From NCBI GenBank assembly GCA_035626215.1, contig DASPOD010000020.1:5899-69898 (forward strand): a stretch of 64,000 bases of DNA. The letters are read 5' to 3'. Below, one piece after another: positions 61,478-64,000 of the stretch (the first letter of the stretch is position 1; every line of letters begins with the position of its first letter). Origin of the DNA: Thermoplasmata archaeon. GTDB lineage: Archaea > Thermoplasmatota > Thermoplasmata > Lutacidiplasmatales > UBA184. A program made the translations under genes and the position numbers. The notes under the pieces were generated by a model, which searched no databases, was not told where the DNA came from, and worked only from the letters and a program-made list of their open reading frames with translations.

Positions 61478-62541
61478 AGCCGTCTTCCCCACGTGGGCCG
61501 GTCGAGCCAGTCCTGGTCCGTCGCCCGGATCCCGAGCTCGATGTCGAACACCGTGAGCCGAGCCCCCGACTCCCCGCGAAGCTGGGCTCGGACCGCAGCA
61601 CGAGCGAGGACATCCGAGCCGATGGCCCGCAGCTCGGAGAGGGCCACCTCGCTGACCGTGCCGTTCTCGCCGCGGACCATCTCCCAGTGGACGGCGGCGA
61701 GAAAGCTATCGCGGGCGAGGAAGTACCGTAGATAACCCTCGAGGAGCTTCTCCCCGCTGGAATCGACGAGCGGCGGCTCCCCGGGCGGAATGGCGACGCC
61801 CAGGGACCTCGAGCCACCGCCCGTCGCGAGCTCCAATCCCTCCCAAGCCTCGCCGAGCTGGGCGAGCGCGACCGGCCCGGGTCGGCCGTCGAAGAACATC
61901 GGCAGCTGCTCGAGCCCGGGTCCAATCGTAGGGAGCCCGCTCGGGGCGTACTCGCGAGCCGACGGCATCAGTCGCTGTCCGGCGAGGGTGCCGCGAACCT
62001 CGTCCTCATCGTACCATCGCCGCTCGTCCGAGAGCTGCCGAACGATGCGCCGTCGCCGGCGGGAGGCGTCCGCGACCAGAAGCCGCACCCGAGGAGTTAG
62101 TCGCTGCCGCACCGCGGCGACCTCGAGGTCGAGCCCAAAAAACGCCCGGGTGCCGGCGGCCGACCCGAACTCGCGGAGTGTTTCGAGCGATAGACCCGGG
62201 CAAGAAAGGACCAAGTCGGCCTGCAGGCGACTTCCCATGTGAACGATCACCGGAAACTCCCGACACGGTGCCGGTCGGGCGGCGTGAGCCGAGCAGCGGA
62301 GGCCCTGAAGCAACTCACACGCTCCGCCCTGAGGGCGGGAAGCGATGCAGCGCACTCCTTCTCGTACGACCGCGTGCAGCGCTGGGAAAGCTCGCCGAAC
62401 GCGGGATTCGTCGTCGCCCTCCAATCGCGGGGAAGTGAAGCAGCAGAGGCCACAGTCCGGCCGGCAGCGGAAACGGAACCCTCCGAGAAGCGCAAGGTCG
62501 AGATCGATGATTCGGCTCTCATGGGGTGCCTGCGCTGTCAT
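61474..62541 (-). CDS. YkgJ-type Cys-cluster (CxxCC) domain protein with long uncharacterised C-terminal region
   Basis: FRCRPDCGLCCFTSP...GGACELL...RCSAHAARPAPCREFP fits the UPF0153/YkgJ pattern. 355 aa. Confidence 0.6.
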   Translation of the reverse strand: MTAQAPHESRIIDLDLALLGGFRFRCRPDCGLCCFTSPRLEGDDESRVRRAFPALHAVVREGVRCIASRPQGGACELLQGLRCSAHAARPAPCREFPVIVHMGSRLQADLVLSCPGLSLETLREFGSAAGTRAFFGLDLEVAAVRQRLTPRVRLLVADASRRRRRIVRQLSDERRWYDEDEVRGTLAGQRLMPSAREYAPSGLPTIGPGLEQLPMFFDGRPGPVALAQLGEAWEGLELATGGGSRSLGVAIPPGEPPLVDSSGEKLLEGYLRYFLARDSFLAAVHWEMVRGENGTVSEVALSELRAIGSDVLARAAVRAQLRGESGARLTVFDIELGIRATDQDWLDRPTWGRRL

Positions 62542-62633
62542 CCGCCCACCGGCGCCTCGGCTCGCCTCAGAGCTCCCGAAGTTGGTCGACCACGCTGGCT
62601 CGGTCTCATAACCTTCTCGACGATGCGCTGGCT

Positions 62634-63077
62634 ATGGTGCTTCTCGCCAAGGACATCATGGACACGTCCATGCTTTCCATGGACGACGAAACCGATGCGC
62701 TGACCTGTGCCCGAGCTATGGTAGCGCAACGTAAAGGCTACTCGATGGTGACGCACGGGAGTCCGAAATCGGTCACCGGGATCGTCACCGAGTGGGACTT
62801 TCTCGAAAAAGTGCTCGCCGCGGGAAAGGACCCGACTCAAGTCCGGCTCAAGGAGCTCGCGTCGGTGAACCTCCAGTCGTGCTTGCCCGACACGCCGACC
62901 GATGAGGTGGTGAGCACGATGGCGCGGCTCGGGGTGCGACGCCTCGTGGTGCGAGCGGGTGACCAAGTGCTGGGCGTGATCACGACGCGAAACATCCTCG
63001 CCACATTCCGCAAGTACGTGGACAAACTGAGTTCGGAGATCGCCGGTTACCAGTCTTCGACGACGCCGCTCGGGTGA
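62634..63077 (+). CDS. CBS-domain pair protein
   Basis: In-frame ATG at 62634. AKDIMDTSMLSMD...GIVTEWDFLEKV and RRLVVRAGDQVLGVITTRNIL. Confidence 0.85.
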   Translation: MVLLAKDIMDTSMLSMDDETDALTCARAMVAQRKGYSMVTHGSPKSVTGIVTEWDFLEKVLAAGKDPTQVRLKELASVNLQSCLPDTPTDEVVSTMARLGVRRLVVRAGDQVLGVITTRNILATFRKYVDKLSSEIAGYQSSTTPLG

Positions 63078-63190
63078 TCCGGCGTGGTCCGTCGATCGGG
63101 CCGCCCCGGCCCGGGGCGCCAGCATAGGACGGCGTGGCCGTCTCCGAATGGCTCCGTATCCAGGGCCCGCCGACCCACGGGGGGATAGCC

Positions 63191-64000
63191 GTGCAGTACA
63201 AATGGCGGGTGCTCTCGAACACCACCGTCGCCACGTTGATGTCGTCGATCGACACCAACATCGTACTGATCTCGTTGCCGACGATCGGCCGCGAGCTTCC
63301 GGGGACCAACGCGACGCTCCTGCTCTGGGTGCTGATCGGGTACTCGCTGCTCACCGCGGTCGTCCTGGTGAACTTCGGCCGGCTCTCCGACATCTTCGGG
63401 CGGGTGCGACTCTACGTCCTCGGGTTCGCCATCTTCACTGGGGGCTCGCTTCTTTGCGGTCTCTCGGGCACGGGACTCGAGTTGGTGGTGTTCCGCCTGA
63501 TTCAGGCCGTCGGCGCCGGCTTCCTCTTTTCGAATTCCGCCGCGATCATTACCGACGCGTTCCCACCGAACGAGCGCGGACGTGCCCTCGGGGTGAACCA
63601 GGTCTCGATCGTGGTCGGGGCGGTCTCGGGGCTCGTGCTCGGAGGCGTGATCACCTCCACGATCGGGTGGCGGTGGATCTTCTTTGTCAACGTGCCGATC
63701 GGACTGGTTGCGACCCTACGCGCTCGCGCGGACCTGCGCGAGATCGCCAAACCCGAGACCCACGCGCCGATCGACTGGCTGGGCAACATCCTCTTTGCGG
63801 CGGGCCTTTCGGTCCTGCTCCTCGGCATCACGCTCGGCGCGCTCGGTCAGGTGCCGGAGAAGCTCGGGCTCGTCGGTGTCCTCGTCGGGGCCGGGCTGCT
63901 GGCTATATTCGTGGTGCTCGAGACTCGGGAACGCTACCCGATGCTCGACCTCCACCTGTTCCGGATTCGACAGTTCGCCGCCTCGGGTTCGGCGATGTTT
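63191..64000 (+). CDS. MFS transporter, DHA2 (EmrB/QacA)-like, N-terminal 270 codons; continues beyond the window
   Basis: Absent from the ORF track because there is no stop. My translation from GTG 63191 reads VQYKWRVLSNTTVATLMSSIDTNIVLISLPTIGRELPG...GRLSDIFGRVRLY...AIITDAFPPNERGRALG...WRWIFFVNVPIG, and stays open to nt 64000. Confidence 0.8.
   Translation, partial: MQYKWRVLSNTTVATLMSSIDTNIVLISLPTIGRELPGTNATLLLWVLIGYSLLTAVVLVNFGRLSDIFGRVRLYVLGFAIFTGGSLLCGLSGTGLELVVFRLIQAVGAGFLFSNSAAIITDAFPPNERGRALGVNQVSIVVGAVSGLVLGGVITSTIGWRWIFFVNVPIGLVATLRARADLREIAKPETHAPIDWLGNILFAAGLSVLLLGITLGALGQVPEKLGLVGVLVGAGLLAIFVVLETRERYPMLDLHLFRIRQFAASGSAMF

Noticed and set aside
1-64000. CRISPR arrays, cas genes, rRNA genes, integrases or recombinases, and known defence-system signatures (restriction-modification, Argonaute, toxin-antitoxin pairs, and similar).
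   Set aside because: Reading through the window, I saw no regularly spaced direct repeats, no rRNA-like sequence and no such protein motifs. The only mobile-element protein is the DDE transposase at 5599-6756. The AbrB-like gene has no adjacent toxin ORF.

Overview
GC-rich (by eye about two-thirds G+C), densely coding archaeal chromosomal segment. Archaeal origin is supported by a thermosome, TFB, aIF5B, a beta-CASP aCPSF-type RNase, a Nog1-like GTPase, cis-prenyl (UPP) synthase, an SMC-ScpA-ScpB operon, A/T-rich TATA boxes about 25-30 nt upstream of start codons, and an intron-containing tRNA. I cannot assign the lineage from sequence alone; it looks like an uncultivated euryarchaeote or Thermoplasmatota-like genome. 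Most of the window is housekeeping or metabolism. That includes the condensin operon, an SCP2/Fe-ADH/ALDH operon, gcvPA-gcvPB-pepQ-PPi-PFK-mtnA on the minus strand, IMPase-like/NAD kinase/JAMM, and TruD, DinB, GalT and aIF5B. Many adjacent genes overlap by 4 nt (ATGA or GTGA). The parts worth a second look are listed here. (1) A ~2.0-kb lower-GC insertion at 5098-7117, bounded by a 17-nt direct repeat and imperfect terminal inverted repeats, carries an IS6-like DDE transposase, an AbrB-like gene and small membrane ORFs. (2) A tRNA-Asp(GUC) has a 33-nt intron at a non-canonical T-loop position. (3) Two overlapping KaiC/RecA-superfamily genes, the first with a degenerate Walker A, lie directly upstream of a Y-family polymerase. 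(4) A glycosylation/methylation island at 16.7-24.2 kb includes a GT2-nucleotidyltransferase fusion and a DUF2079 membrane protein. It is preceded by a translationally coupled surface-protein/cupredoxin module with its own wHTH regulator. I saw no CRISPR array, cas genes, rRNA, integrase or recognisable defence system. High G+C creates many long antisense ORFs in the track, which I rejected. Two real genes run off the window edges and are missing from the track: scpB at the left edge and an MFS gene at the right edge.
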